64,000 bases of DNA from Deltaproteobacteria bacterium (GTDB taxonomy: Bacteria > Myxococcota_A > Polyangia > JAAYKL01). The notes below the pieces were generated by a model that worked only from the letters and a program-made list of their open reading frames with translations, ran no database searches and was not told the origin of the DNA. The position numbers and the translations under genes were made by a program. The stretch is from the NCBI GenBank assembly GCA_016937015.1, contig JAFGWT010000273.1:22878-86877 (forward strand). The letters run 5' to 3'. Of the stretch, positions 1-9,983 are shown one piece after another. How positions within the stretch are numbered: the stretch's first letter is position 1; each line of letters starts with the position of its first letter.

Positions 1-311
1 TGTCTTTCTGCGGCGCTCATAAATGATACCAGGTATGGCATGTATTCCCATGGCTCCGACACGTACGCGGCAGCATCGAGAGCGACACGACGGTATACGC
101 GGCTATTTCCGTACAATGCTGCCTTGAAATCGCTTAACGTGAGCTTCTGTGCAATCAGTGCAAATGTGGCATCGGTCACCGCGCCCTCTCCACGGGCGAG
201 CAAATCCATTCCTGCCCTGGAAACGGATTCATCGCTTTCCTCACAGTATATGGCGATGCTGAACAGATGAATAAACAATACAATTTGAACTATCGTTGCG
301 AATCGATTCAT
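1..311 (-). CDS. Partial CDS (N-terminal part; gene runs off left edge): predicted secreted/lipoprotein of unknown function
   Basis: Minus-strand frame is open from ATG (rc of 309-311) to position 1 with an in-frame stop just upstream (rc of 318-320). N-terminus MNRFATIVQIVLFIHLFSIAIYCEESDES.. looks like a signal peptide with lipobox-like ..AIYC. Absent from the ORF track only because there is no stop inside the window. Confidence 0.4.
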   Translation of the reverse strand, partial: MNRFATIVQIVLFIHLFSIAIYCEESDESVSRAGMDLLARGEGAVTDATFALIAQKLTLSDFKAALYGNSRVYRRVALDAAAYVSEPWEYMPYLVSFMSAAER

Positions 312-440
312 GAGTTTTCATTAACCGCTTATTCGTATTTATTCAAGAACGCAATGTCAGCTGTTTACAATAGGCTGAATTCCCAAAAGACAATTCATTG
401 CGTTGGTCCCGCCCCGGAAAAATTGTGGAGCGCAACTATT

Positions 441-1190
441 CTACACTCTCCCAAAGGTAGCTGGTGACTTATCGCCACAGACGCGACACGACGCAGACCG
501 CTGTATACGCATCGATTTTTCCCTCATGTTTGCACCATCAAACGCAAACAGCTTACCCGTATCATCACCCATCCCCGCCAGAAAACGAATCGCCAACAGG
601 GCCTGACGCGTCCCGATGACTCCAGCGGTGACGCCAAGTATGCCCAGCCCCTGCGGCGCTTCAAGCGACTCCGGCAACGTGGGAAAAAGGCAACGCAGAC
701 AGGCCTGACCCGTTTGATAAAGATACAATTGTCCGCTCATCCCGGTCGCGCCCGCATGAATGAACGGCGTGCGCTCTCGAACACATACATCATTGATGAC
801 GAACTTCGCACCAAAGCTGTCTACAGCGTCCAAAACCAGGTCGCTTCCGGTTATCAATTCCCCCAGATTATTGGCCGTCACTCTTTCGCAAAGCCCTAAA
901 ATGGATATTTCCGGATTTATCTCACGCAACCTGTCAAGGGCTGAATCCACTTTTCGCCGCCCCAAATCGCCAACGCCATGGAGTATCTGGCGATTCAGGT
1001 TGGTTTCGTCCACCACGTCAAAATCCACCACAACAATATGGCCCACTCCCGCCGCCGCCAGATACATAAGCAGTGGTGACCCCAGCCCTCCAGCGCCAAC
1101 CACCACCACTCGGCTTTTTCCGAGCTTCTCCTGTCCCGATTCACCAATTTCGGGCATCATAATTTGCCGTGCATATCTCGCCTTCGTCAT
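441..1190 (-). CDS. ThiF/MoeB/HesA-family E1-like adenylyltransferase (sulfur-carrier protein activating enzyme)
   Basis: RYARQI..GQEKL..VVVVGAGGLGSP Rossmann motif typical of MoeB/ThiF; two CxxC pairs (CLRC, CRVC) for the Zn site; GAGG RBS upstream of ATG at 1190. Confidence 0.8.
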   Translation of the reverse strand: MTKARYARQIMMPEIGESGQEKLGKSRVVVVGAGGLGSPLLMYLAAAGVGHIVVVDFDVVDETNLNRQILHGVGDLGRRKVDSALDRLREINPEISILGLCERVTANNLGELITGSDLVLDAVDSFGAKFVINDVCVRERTPFIHAGATGMSGQLYLYQTGQACLRCLFPTLPESLEAPQGLGILGVTAGVIGTRQALLAIRFLAGMGDDTGKLFAFDGANMREKSMRIQRSASCRVCGDKSPATFGRV

Positions 1191-1384
1191 TTTATCATCC
1201 TCGCGTGAAAATCAGGCATTCTAATACTACATTAAGCCCTGGCTGGTAAACCCATTTCATTTTTGGGCTGTGACATAATACGAATTTGCCGTATAACCAT
1301 ATTCCACTGAACATTTGCAGGGGTTTGCTTCCGGCGGATCGCGCAACTGACAATAGACGTTCATGGAAAACGGGGGAATATAAA

Positions 1385-2140
1385 ATGAACACCGACGCCA
1401 TTGTGTACGACCAAATGATGCAGGAGATTACATCGATTCCGCCACACAAGACACTCTCGCCATCTATGCCGATGGACGCTTACATACAGGAAGCGTTGCT
1501 GCTCCACCACTGGACGCAAGCCGACCACGACGCCCTGTTAAAGGCCGGCCTCTCTGAAACGCTGCTTGTTGATTTGCCGTATCGTGCCAACGCCGCACGT
1601 GAAGCACAGACAATCTGGCGAAATTTTCTGGAGGGTCAAAGTGAAGCACAGCAGCGATGGCGCATCGAAACCGCTGAGGCATACGAGCTTCGCGACGAGC
1701 TGATTCACGTGATGAAATATGCATATCGCGAAGAGGCAAATGCGATGTCAAAATTGATGCAAATCTGTGATTATGACAAAAATTTTGATTTAGTATCCGA
1801 CCTGCACGAACTCGCCTCACTGGGACGCGAAAACCTATCGCCACTGCGCAACGTCGGATTCAATCTTGCCCGGCTGGAACAGGCAGCAGTGCTGAGTCAC
1901 GGCATGCGTCAATTGATGGATGCCGCGGCGGGGACTGACACTCTGGTCAAAACGGTTCGCGACCAGGCATATACCTATCTAAAGGAGGCGGTTGATGCGA
2001 TTCGGGAATGCGGACTTTGCGTATTCTGGCAAAATCCGGAAAGGCGCAAGGGGTACGAAAGCAACACACTACGTCGTAAAGAATACAGTCGGAACGACGT
2101 TACCCAACCCTATGTGGCCACCAAATCATTAGGCAAATAA
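1385..2140 (+). CDS. Hypothetical cytoplasmic protein
   Basis: Long ORF; likely start ATG 1385 (MNTDAIVY) preceded by GGGGGAATATAAA; no recognizable motif. Confidence 0.45.
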   Translation: MNTDAIVYDQMMQEITSIPPHKTLSPSMPMDAYIQEALLLHHWTQADHDALLKAGLSETLLVDLPYRANAAREAQTIWRNFLEGQSEAQQRWRIETAEAYELRDELIHVMKYAYREEANAMSKLMQICDYDKNFDLVSDLHELASLGRENLSPLRNVGFNLARLEQAAVLSHGMRQLMDAAAGTDTLVKTVRDQAYTYLKEAVDAIRECGLCVFWQNPERRKGYESNTLRRKEYSRNDVTQPYVATKSLGK

Positions 2141-2300
2141 AATAATCTCACAGCTACGCGGCAACCTTCCTTTTCCAGCTCTGCGGAAATCATCAGTTCT
2201 TCATCAAATTTAGTTTTCCATATGACTTTTCAAGATAAACCTGAACCTTTTTGAATCGTTTGGATCACATAATTCATGTAACCGTTACCTCTAAAAAAAA

Positions 2301-2321
2301 TGCAACCGAATGTCGGTTGCA
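2301..2321. other. Perfect 9-bp stem hairpin (TGCAACCGA-atg-TCGGTTGCA) flanked by A8 upstream and T4 downstream
   Basis: Inverted repeat read directly; sits between the upstream gene end (2140) and the ECF sigma start; possible bidirectional terminator/attenuator. Confidence 0.35.
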
Positions 2322-2333
2322 ACGTTTTAATCC

Positions 2334-2999
2334 ATGTCCGGCAGCGAACGAAAAACGGGAATTGCAATGAAAAGACAGGATGACGAAAAGCTGTACCAGG
2401 ACGCCCTGGGAAAAATTGATGTGTTGAAGTTATATGACACATATTATGATGACATCTTTCGGTATGTATTGAATCGCACGGGAGATGTTGAGATGTCTCG
2501 GGACATCACCGCCGATGTATTCTTTAAAGTGTATCGGCACCGCTGGAAGTATGTGTTTACCAGCGCCCCTGTCTCCGCGTGGCTGTATCGCATTGCGGGC
2601 AACGAAGTGGTCTCTGCGCATCGCAACACAACACGCCGTCCTCTGCTGCTGGATGGCGAACTGCAGCACAGTGATGTTGTGCCCGTGGCATTGCGCGGAG
2701 ATTTGCAGGAGGAAATACAGCAGGCGCAGGAACAGGTCAATCGCAATGCTGCTTTTCAACGGGTTAACCAGCAGCTGAAAAAACTGCCCTCTAAGTATCA
2801 GGAAGTGATTGTATTGAGATATTTGGAAGAAAAAAGCATAAAGGAAATCGCCCTCTTACTTGGAAAACGGGAAGGCACGGTAAAATCTTTAATATCACGA
2901 GGCATTAGCCAACTAAAGCGCATCAGCTTTACCGAGAAGGATTTTTTTGCGCAAAATGGGCTGCTCGTTGAAGCGCGCACCAATGAAGGAGTGAACTGA
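2334..2999 (+). CDS. ECF-type (group IV) RNA polymerase sigma-70 factor
   Basis: Region-2-like YRIAGNEVVSAHRN and region-4 HTH EVIVLRYLEEKSIKEIALLLGKREGTVKSLISRGISQLK; true start possibly ATG 2366 (MKRQDD); stop TGA overlaps next start (TGATGATG at 2997-3004). Confidence 0.8.
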   Translation: MSGSERKTGIAMKRQDDEKLYQDALGKIDVLKLYDTYYDDIFRYVLNRTGDVEMSRDITADVFFKVYRHRWKYVFTSAPVSAWLYRIAGNEVVSAHRNTTRRPLLLDGELQHSDVVPVALRGDLQEEIQQAQEQVNRNAAFQRVNQQLKKLPSKYQEVIVLRYLEEKSIKEIALLLGKREGTVKSLISRGISQLKRISFTEKDFFAQNGLLVEARTNEGVN

Positions 3000-3838
3000 T
3001 GATGAGTCAGCACCCTGTTGAATTTGATTTGAAAGCGGCCAGACTGACTGATATTCGGATGGATAAAAATCGGACTTCCACTCGACGGGCTTTGCAGTCC
3101 GCGACTGAATACAGCTGCGTGCAGGCAAAGAAAAAACGTGTGGTCAGAGTCATCTTTTCCATGGGGGTCACGTTTGGTTTTGTGCTGGGTATTGTATGCG
3201 TTTGGATGCTGCAGCCGGCACCACAGCCGACGGTGGTTAAAGTGGCCACCAATCTGGGTTCAATATGGTGTACATACAGCGACAACGCCACAGGAGGCAG
3301 TTCAGTAGTTTGGCCTCCGGAATCCACGGAGGGGCAAAACAACTTTGTAAAAAGCGCACCGGGGTATGGAGACAAAGGGTATGCTGTGCGTTTCAAAGGA
3401 AAAGCAGGAGAACGCAGCCGAGAGGGATTTATTGGGGTTAGTACCCGCCTGGGCCCCCCATGCCAGTTCACTGGCTGCAATGGCGTCAATATTCAGAAGT
3501 TTAATAAAATCAGATTTAAAATGAAAGGCGCGGTATCCAGCGGTGAACTGGTGCTGCTCATTTCGAATGATGACGCGGCCGTCAATTCGGAGACCGAAGC
3601 TGTGTCAATGTTGGCTTCCGCAGATGTCTATGAAGCACAAATAACTGAATTTGTTTCTGATGAATGGCGCACTGTGACCCTTGACCTGAGATCAGATTTT
3701 GCGTTTGTAAAGGATGATGCAGGGGGGGCGCAGAAAGCAGACGACATTTTGGCGGATGCCAAAAACCTGAAATGGCACGTGCGTAACGCCAAGGGTGCTG
3801 ATGTCGATGTATGGATTGATGAGCTCGAATTCTTTTAA
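2999..3838 (+). CDS. Single-pass membrane anti-sigma factor with C-terminal extracytoplasmic carbohydrate-binding-module-like beta-sandwich domain
   Basis: Translationally coupled to the ECF sigma; ~50 aa cytoplasmic N-terminus, one TM (VIFSMGVTFGFVLGIVCVWML), then a ~200-aa domain paralogous to the secreted protein at 3903-4580 (shared ..LEFKMKG..SGG.L.V.L.., W.TV.L.LR.DF.., ..VWIDE/D..F/Y). Confidence 0.55.
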   Translation: MMSQHPVEFDLKAARLTDIRMDKNRTSTRRALQSATEYSCVQAKKKRVVRVIFSMGVTFGFVLGIVCVWMLQPAPQPTVVKVATNLGSIWCTYSDNATGGSSVVWPPESTEGQNNFVKSAPGYGDKGYAVRFKGKAGERSREGFIGVSTRLGPPCQFTGCNGVNIQKFNKIRFKMKGAVSSGELVLLISNDDAAVNSETEAVSMLASADVYEAQITEFVSDEWRTVTLDLRSDFAFVKDDAGGAQKADDILADAKNLKWHVRNAKGADVDVWIDELEFF

Positions 3839-3902
3839 AACAGTAAACCGCAATCGATAAACTGTTTTCGGTTGCCTGGTTTTGATTCGCAAGGAGAATG
3901 GA

Positions 3903-4580
3903 ATGAAATATACAACCCTCACCATCATAATACTTTCAATTTTGGTTTCGCTGCCTGTACTGGCTGGTAAAAAGAAATTGCACATCGACAGTTTTAGCGA
4001 CGGCAACAACGCTTCCGAACAGGGGGGGTGGTGGTACGTATACGACGATGCGCGATTGGGCGGTAACACAGAAGTCACACCACTGGGCCCTCTGAACCCG
4101 ACGAAATGTGGCGACAAGCAGGGGTTTGCCGCGCATGTGGAAGGCACCACCGGCAACAAACTCGGGTGGGACTATTTTGGATTTGGCGTCACACTGGCAT
4201 CAGACTCCGGATGTCCTGGCGGTCAAAAAGTGGACATCAGCGGGTACAGCACCCTTGAATTCAAAATGAAAGGCGATGCCTCCGGCGGACGACTGACTGT
4301 CACACTGCTTCATACCAGTGACAAGTGTGAAGGTTTAGTGCCTGAGACGCTTACACACTGGGCCGACTATGAAGCCAGCGTTACATCTGAACTGACCGGC
4401 CAATGGACAACCGTGCGCCTTAACCTGCGCAACGATTTTTCCCAGCCCAAATGGGCCAAACCCGAGGACAAAGTATCAATTGAAGCCGTGCTCAAACAGG
4501 CCAGCCAGATTCAATGGCACTACTCCAGCGCCGACGGGGACAACCTCAGCGTATGGATTGACGACATTTATCTGTATTGA
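3903..4580 (+). CDS. Secreted protein consisting of a CBM-like domain paralogous to the anti-sigma sensor domain
   Basis: AAGGAG RBS 6 nt before ATG 3903; signal peptide MKYTTLTIIILSILVSLPVLAGKK; domain-wide similarity to residues ~85-279 of the upstream anti-sigma factor. Confidence 0.6.
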   Translation: MKYTTLTIIILSILVSLPVLAGKKKLHIDSFSDGNNASEQGGWWYVYDDARLGGNTEVTPLGPLNPTKCGDKQGFAAHVEGTTGNKLGWDYFGFGVTLASDSGCPGGQKVDISGYSTLEFKMKGDASGGRLTVTLLHTSDKCEGLVPETLTHWADYEASVTSELTGQWTTVRLNLRNDFSQPKWAKPEDKVSIEAVLKQASQIQWHYSSADGDNLSVWIDDIYLY

Positions 4581-4586
4581 TGGCGT

Positions 4587-6878
4587 TTACTCCGTCAGCG
4601 TCACTGTGCCTTTGAGCCGAATATCGGCGGATGACGCACCAATAAGAACTTCCATTTCACCTGGTTCAGTCACAAACTGACTGGCGCTCATGTCAAAAAA
4701 GCCAAGATCCTTCGCATGAACAGTGAAGGCCAGTGTTTGAACTTCGCTCGGTACCAGGCTGACTCTCTTAAATCCCTGAAGTTTCTTTATCGCGACTGGA
4801 ACCGTGGCGTCCATGTCGCGAATGTACACCTGGGCCACTTCGTCCCCTTCTCTCTCCCCTGTGTTCATTACATCAAATGAAATGGCGATGTCCCCATTTA
4901 CATCAGTCGATGGAGACAGGGTTAGATTGCTGTACTCAAACTGTGTGTAACTTAGGCCATATCCGAAGGGATACAGCACTTCTCCCTCAAAAAACATATA
5001 GGTGCGTTTGCCCTGGATGATGTCGTAATTGTCCATGGCAGGTAAATCCTCGATTGATTTAAACCAGGTTTGCGGGAGCCGTCCGCCTGGGTTCTGATTT
5101 CCAAAAAGCACGTCGGCAATGGCTTTGCCCGCTGCCTGTCCGCCATACCCCGCATTGATAATGGCAGGAAGGTTTTCGTCTGCCCAATTGATGGCCAGAG
5201 GCATGCCTGTGACCAGCACGAGTATGGTATTGGCATTTACAGCCTGTACAGCGCGCAACAGTTCCTCCTGAATAGCGGACAGCGTGATGTCGTCGCGATC
5301 CTTCTCTTCGTCGGCCACGCTCAAATCGGTTCCAAGGACGACAATTGCAGCATCTGCAGATGCTGCGATGGCCGTTGCATCCTCGATACTCGACGTTTCT
5401 GACTCTCCTGGAATCGCTGCCCCCTCGGCAAACAAAACGGATATGCCAAATTTTTCAGCTTCTGCTGTGATGCCATCCAAAGGGGTCACCGGCGCTGCGG
5501 CCGTACCGCTGTATCCGCCAAACACCAATCGATTCGCATTGGGGCCGATGACCGCGAGAGACGACACGGTGGTGCCTTCGAGGGGAAGAATTCCGTCATT
5601 CTTGAGCAGTATCATAGATTTGATGGCTGCTTTTTCTGCCAGCATCCGATTGTCGGGACTGTCCAGCGCAGAATTTGGGATGGCACGGTAAGGCACATTC
5701 TGGGGCGCATCAAATTCGCCAAGCATAAAACGCGCGGTAAAAAGCCGTGTCAGCGCCTGATCCACTTCGGCTTCGCTGATAACGCCCAGTGCAACGGCTT
5801 CCACAATATCCGCCTGATAACGATCGCCACAATTCAGATCCGTCCCCGCGGCAATGGCAACATCAGATGCTTCAATATCCGTTTCGGCGTATTTATGATT
5901 TTCCACAATGTCACGAATTGCCCAGCAATCAGAAACCACATATCCCCCAAATCCCCATTCGTTTCGTAGCACATCTGTTAGCAGCCATGAGTTGGCGCAC
6001 GAGGGAATGCCGTTAACGCGATTGTAGGCACACATTACCGATTGCGCCCCTCCCTCCACCACTGTGGCTTTAAACGCCGGCATATAAAATTCACGGAGGT
6101 TGCGTTCATCCATATCTGACGATCCGGTGTGGCGCGTCGCCTCAATGTTGTTCGCAATAAAGTGTTTGGGGGTAGACACCGTTTTTAAAAATATCGGATC
6201 GTCGCCCTGCATGCCGCGCACGAATGCGACTCCCATGCGAGAGGTCAGATACGGGTCTTCGCCATAGGTTTCCTCATTGCGACCCCATCTGGGGTCTCTC
6301 GCCAGATTGACAGTGGGACTCCAGTAGGTCAGTGGCTTTTTCTGCACATTGTTTTTCACTCGCGCCTCTGTTGAAATGACAGTTGCGACCTCGAATACCA
6401 ACTGATCGTCAAAAGTGGCTGCGAGCGAAACAGCCTGAGGAAAAACAGTGGCAATCCCGGCTCGGGCCACGCCATGCAGCGCTTCGTTCCACCAATCATG
6501 TTCTTCGATATTCAGTCTTGGAATCGCTGGCGCCCGATCTCCCATTTGCGACGCTTTTTCCTCGATAGTCATCCTGGCCACCAACGCTCTGGCGCGGGAC
6601 ACAAAGTCCGTATCCACAGCCGTCAGCGCGGTGTCAGTATCGATATTGGCGGTATCGCTCTCCCCTGCGGTAGCGGTTTCGGTATCGGCTGCCGTGTCAG
6701 CATTTGTATCGGGTAAATCCGTTGATGCGGTCCCCGTTTCCACGGAGTCTGTGCCAGGATAGACTGAATCGCCGTCGCTGTCGTTATTTTTAGAGAGAGT
6801 TGTGCACCCCATAGGGGAGACCATCCAGATTATCCATGTCAGGTATATCATCCCACTTCTGGCAGACCCATTTATCAT
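4587..6878 (-). CDS. Glycoside hydrolase family 3 (beta-glucosidase/beta-xylosidase-like) lipoprotein with acidic T/D-rich N-terminal linker and C-terminal Fn3-like domain
   Basis: GH3 nucleophile motif GFGGYVVSDCWAI, KHFIANN, RDPRWGR; lipobox MVSPMGC; low-complexity DTNADTAADTETATAGESDT linker. Confidence 0.85.
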   Translation of the reverse strand: MINGSARSGMIYLTWIIWMVSPMGCTTLSKNNDSDGDSVYPGTDSVETGTASTDLPDTNADTAADTETATAGESDTANIDTDTALTAVDTDFVSRARALVARMTIEEKASQMGDRAPAIPRLNIEEHDWWNEALHGVARAGIATVFPQAVSLAATFDDQLVFEVATVISTEARVKNNVQKKPLTYWSPTVNLARDPRWGRNEETYGEDPYLTSRMGVAFVRGMQGDDPIFLKTVSTPKHFIANNIEATRHTGSSDMDERNLREFYMPAFKATVVEGGAQSVMCAYNRVNGIPSCANSWLLTDVLRNEWGFGGYVVSDCWAIRDIVENHKYAETDIEASDVAIAAGTDLNCGDRYQADIVEAVALGVISEAEVDQALTRLFTARFMLGEFDAPQNVPYRAIPNSALDSPDNRMLAEKAAIKSMILLKNDGILPLEGTTVSSLAVIGPNANRLVFGGYSGTAAAPVTPLDGITAEAEKFGISVLFAEGAAIPGESETSSIEDATAIAASADAAIVVLGTDLSVADEEKDRDDITLSAIQEELLRAVQAVNANTILVLVTGMPLAINWADENLPAIINAGYGGQAAGKAIADVLFGNQNPGGRLPQTWFKSIEDLPAMDNYDIIQGKRTYMFFEGEVLYPFGYGLSYTQFEYSNLTLSPSTDVNGDIAISFDVMNTGEREGDEVAQVYIRDMDATVPVAIKKLQGFKRVSLVPSEVQTLAFTVHAKDLGFFDMSASQFVTEPGEMEVLIGASSADIRLKGTVTLTE

Positions 6879-7233
6879 CCGTTGCTCCTTCGTTTATCAC
6901 CGCATACATCACATACGTCACGTACGTCTTTATGATTATCGTTTTTTCCAGCTCGCATATATCACCGCAGCCTTCAAAAGTCGATTCAATCCCAAACCGA
7001 ATCTAATCGGCCGCAGTTCCGAGCAGCGAAGTATTTGAAAATAAATTTTAGTATTTAGTCGATGATAAGGATGGTGTTTCCACTGTATCGCAAAAATTAT
7101 TAACAGCAACAATCTGAATATGAAAACATAATACTTCTTACGATAGATTGCATATCCGATGGGAAGCAAAGCACCACCATTGTTGCACCTGAGTGTGTGC
7201 CTGGGATGAGCGACGATCACTCAAAACAGACAA

Positions 7234-7779
7234 TCAAGCCATGTCCGGAGGGGGATCCAGATAACCGATTTCCGGGAGGTTTCGGTATTTGCCAGCGAAA
7301 TCGAGGCCGTATCCGATTACAAACTTATCAGGCACTTCGAAGCCCAGATAATCGATGGGAACCTCGACTTTGGTGCGAGAGGGTTTGTGCAGCAATGCGG
7401 CCAGCGCCAGCGACGCGGGATTTCGAGTACGCAAATTTTTGATCAGATAATCAAGCGTAAGCCCGGTATCCACAATATCCTCAACAATGAGAACGTGCTC
7501 CCCCATGAGTGGATGTTTCACATCCATGGTAATTTCAACCACCCCTGACGTGGTCATTCGATCACCATAGGATCGCAGACCGATAAACTCCACATTTATG
7601 GGCAATTCAATGGCCCGTACCAAGTCAGCGGCAAACACATAGCTGCCTTTGAGCACCACCAGTACGGTGAGTGGTTTCCCCTTGTAACTTTGGGTAATTT
7701 GAGCGCCGAGCGTCAAAATTCGCTGCGCAATTTCACCACGGGAAAAAAGGGGGTGGTAGTTGGGAGGCAAAAAGGACAT
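7234..7779 (-). CDS. hpt: Hypoxanthine-guanine phosphoribosyltransferase
   Basis: PRTase motif [14 protein letters not shown]; track ORF 7234-8094 is over-extended into purC, true start is internal ATG at 7779 ([21 protein letters not shown]). Confidence 0.85.
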   Translation of the reverse strand: MSFLPPNYHPLFSRGEIAQRILTLGAQITQSYKGKPLTVLVVLKGSYVFAADLVRAIELPINVEFIGLRSYGDRMTTSGVVEITMDVKHPLMGEHVLIVEDIVDTGLTLDYLIKNLRTRNPASLALAALLHKPSRTKVEVPIDYLGFEVPDKFVIGYGLDFAGKYRNLPEIGYLDPPPDMA

Positions 7780-7786
7780 CACAATT

Positions 7787-8779
7787 TTACAGCGCCATGT
7801 TTCTGGCAAGACGTGCGTTCGGTTCTTCGGTATTGGGTTCAAACGACTCGCCCGTGATCTGATCACACGCTGCAATATATCTGCGCGCCGCCTCCACTTT
7901 AATCTCATCGGGAATGTGCGGCAGGGGACCATCGCCAACAAAGTTTTTCTCCGTTTTAAGCCACACGCGCACATATTCCTTGTCCAATCCCTGAGGATTT
8001 TCACCTTTTTCGAACAACTCCTGATAGGTGTCGGCCTGCCAGAATCGGGATGAATCCGGTGTATGCACTTCGTCGATAACAACGATACGCCCATCAGCCG
8101 TTTTACCGAATTCGTACTTGGTATCCACCAGAATCAGTCCCTGTCTGGCGCAATGCGCTTGTCCAAAGGCAAAAAGATCCAGGCTCATTTGGGCCATGGC
8201 ATCGAAATCTTCGGCAGAAATGCGCCCAATAGCCAGAATTTCATCACGGGACACCGATACATCGTGATCACCCTGCTCTGCTTTGGTCGATGGTGTTAAA
8301 ATCGGTTTCTCCAATTTCTGATGAATCTTAAGCCCATCCGGCAACGGATTACCGCAAAAATTCCGAACGCCATTTTTATAATGTGTCCAAATTGATGTTG
8401 ATGTTGAGCCTGTAATATAAGCGCGAACAACCATCTCTACTGGCATGGGCGTACAATCTGCCACGATCATCACTGCGGGATCCGGCGTGGAAACCAGATG
8501 ATTGGGGACCATCCTCGCCGTTTTTTCGAACCAGAACGCCGCCACGCGGTTCAGTACCTGACCCTTGTACGGAATCGTTCCCAAAACCCTGTCGAACGCC
8601 GAAATTCGGTCACTGGTGACAATGTAACGCATACCATCTTTCACGTACGAATTTCGAACCTTTCCCTTTTGCGGTTCTCCATACCCCTCGAGACTGGGGT
8701 CATCAAGTGTTTTTTTTAGTCCTTCTTTTAATATTTGTTCACTTACCATGTTCTCTCCAACAGAATATTTATGTGTCAT
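7787..8779 (-). CDS. purC: Phosphoribosylaminoimidazole-succinocarboxamide (SAICAR) synthase
   Basis: 330 aa with SAICAR-synthetase-like sequence (..GKVR..Y..D.. ..[11 protein letters not shown]..); sits 7 bp upstream of hpt in the same orientation. Confidence 0.8.
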   Translation of the reverse strand: MTHKYSVGENMVSEQILKEGLKKTLDDPSLEGYGEPQKGKVRNSYVKDGMRYIVTSDRISAFDRVLGTIPYKGQVLNRVAAFWFEKTARMVPNHLVSTPDPAVMIVADCTPMPVEMVVRAYITGSTSTSIWTHYKNGVRNFCGNPLPDGLKIHQKLEKPILTPSTKAEQGDHDVSVSRDEILAIGRISAEDFDAMAQMSLDLFAFGQAHCARQGLILVDTKYEFGKTADGRIVVIDEVHTPDSSRFWQADTYQELFEKGENPQGLDKEYVRVWLKTEKNFVGDGPLPHIPDEIKVEAARRYIAACDQITGESFEPNTEEPNARLARNMAL

Positions 8780-8915
8780 CTACCATACGGCGTGTTACCA
8801 CAACCGCAATACGGGTTTTAAATCGCGCCATTCATAACATAAAATTTGCGCTTCATCCCGGTTTTTGTGTTATTGCCATTACTTATAAATGTTATTTTTT
8901 CTGACTCGAAAAATA

Positions 8916-9983
8916 ATGCCGCAAATGTTTTGCGCACTTTCCACCGCATTTTTCTCAGTGCTGGTACCGGAGACCGTGCACGCCGGGCGAGGTCATGGCA
9001 CCACTGTACTCCTTGCCAGGGATACACAAATGTCAGGCTTCGAGCGCCGCATTAAAGCCGAACTCGAAGTGGCCGGATTCAATGTCAAACTCTTCGATAT
9101 GGATTTTAGAGAAGACACACAAAGAATACTTGATTTGCGGGCTCACGCGCTCAACGCGGCTGCAGCGATTGTATGTCGCCAATCTGCGGGGTTTGTCGAA
9201 ATATGGATAGCGGATAAAGTCACCAATAAGACCGTATTGCGACGTATTCAGATCCCGGCAGACGAAGATGCCGAAGCATTTGTGGCCATCAGCACAGTGG
9301 AACTTTTGCGTGCCAGTCTGCTCGAGATTCATACGGTCGCAGAATTGACCGGAACCGTAAGACCAACCCCAGAAATTGAAAAGCTGATAGCCCCCAAACC
9401 CGGTGACAGATCATCCATTCGTGCCATATCCGGCACCCCTCCGCCCCGTTTCAGCCTGCAAGTCAATCCTGCGGTTCTTATTCTTCGTTTTGAGGGGAAT
9501 CCGCTGATTAACATCCAACTGGGATTCGCCATGGTGCTGCATAAACAGTTGGAGTTAAAACTCCACGGCCAGACACCGGTAATACCGCAGCGGTTTTCTG
9601 AAGATATTGGTGAAGTGGCGGTGCGGGCGGGATACGCGGCACTGGGGCTGAACTGGATTTTGGTGCATCCCCGATATCTGGCCAGCGGCGATATTGGCAT
9701 GGGCATGGCGCTTGTCGCATGTCGCATCGAAGGGGAACCTTTTGAGCGCACCACCGCAGATAGCAACTCATACCCCACAGGGTCTCGTCAAACATACTTT
9801 CTTCCAGCGCCATATATCGTGTTTGGTATGGATGTCCGCCTGACTAAAACGGTTCGTATTCGTCTCGAAACCATGGCCGGCTGGTCCCTGTCGCCTATTT
9901 CCATCACGGTAAACAAAGAGGAAGTCGCCATTATGGGCCATTTCCTGATCAGTGCGGGCCTGGGGCTGATGTTCCTGCTGTAA
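8916..9983 (+). CDS. Hypothetical secreted protein
   Basis: Signal peptide MPQMFCALSTAFFSVLVPETVHA; no known motif. Confidence 0.45.
   Translation: MPQMFCALSTAFFSVLVPETVHAGRGHGTTVLLARDTQMSGFERRIKAELEVAGFNVKLFDMDFREDTQRILDLRAHALNAAAAIVCRQSAGFVEIWIADKVTNKTVLRRIQIPADEDAEAFVAISTVELLRASLLEIHTVAELTGTVRPTPEIEKLIAPKPGDRSSIRAISGTPPPRFSLQVNPAVLILRFEGNPLINIQLGFAMVLHKQLELKLHGQTPVIPQRFSEDIGEVAVRAGYAALGLNWILVHPRYLASGDIGMGMALVACRIEGEPFERTTADSNSYPTGSRQTYFLPAPYIVFGMDVRLTKTVRIRLETMAGWSLSPISITVNKEEVAIMGHFLISAGLGLMFLL

Noticed and set aside
40-467. Plus-strand ORFs 40-270 and 267-467
   Set aside because: They are antisense to the better-supported minus-strand lipoprotein ORF. They have no RBS and their composition is atypical.
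2247-2275. ECF-type promoter candidate (GAACC ... CGTT) upstream of the sigma factor gene
   Set aside because: Spacing between -35-like and -10-like elements is ~10 nt, incompatible with ECF promoters at ~16 nt.
7780-8094. Upstream 105 codons of the track ORF 7234-8094 (hpt)
   Set aside because: This part overlaps purC in another frame and has no similarity to HPRT. The true hpt start is the internal ATG at 7779.
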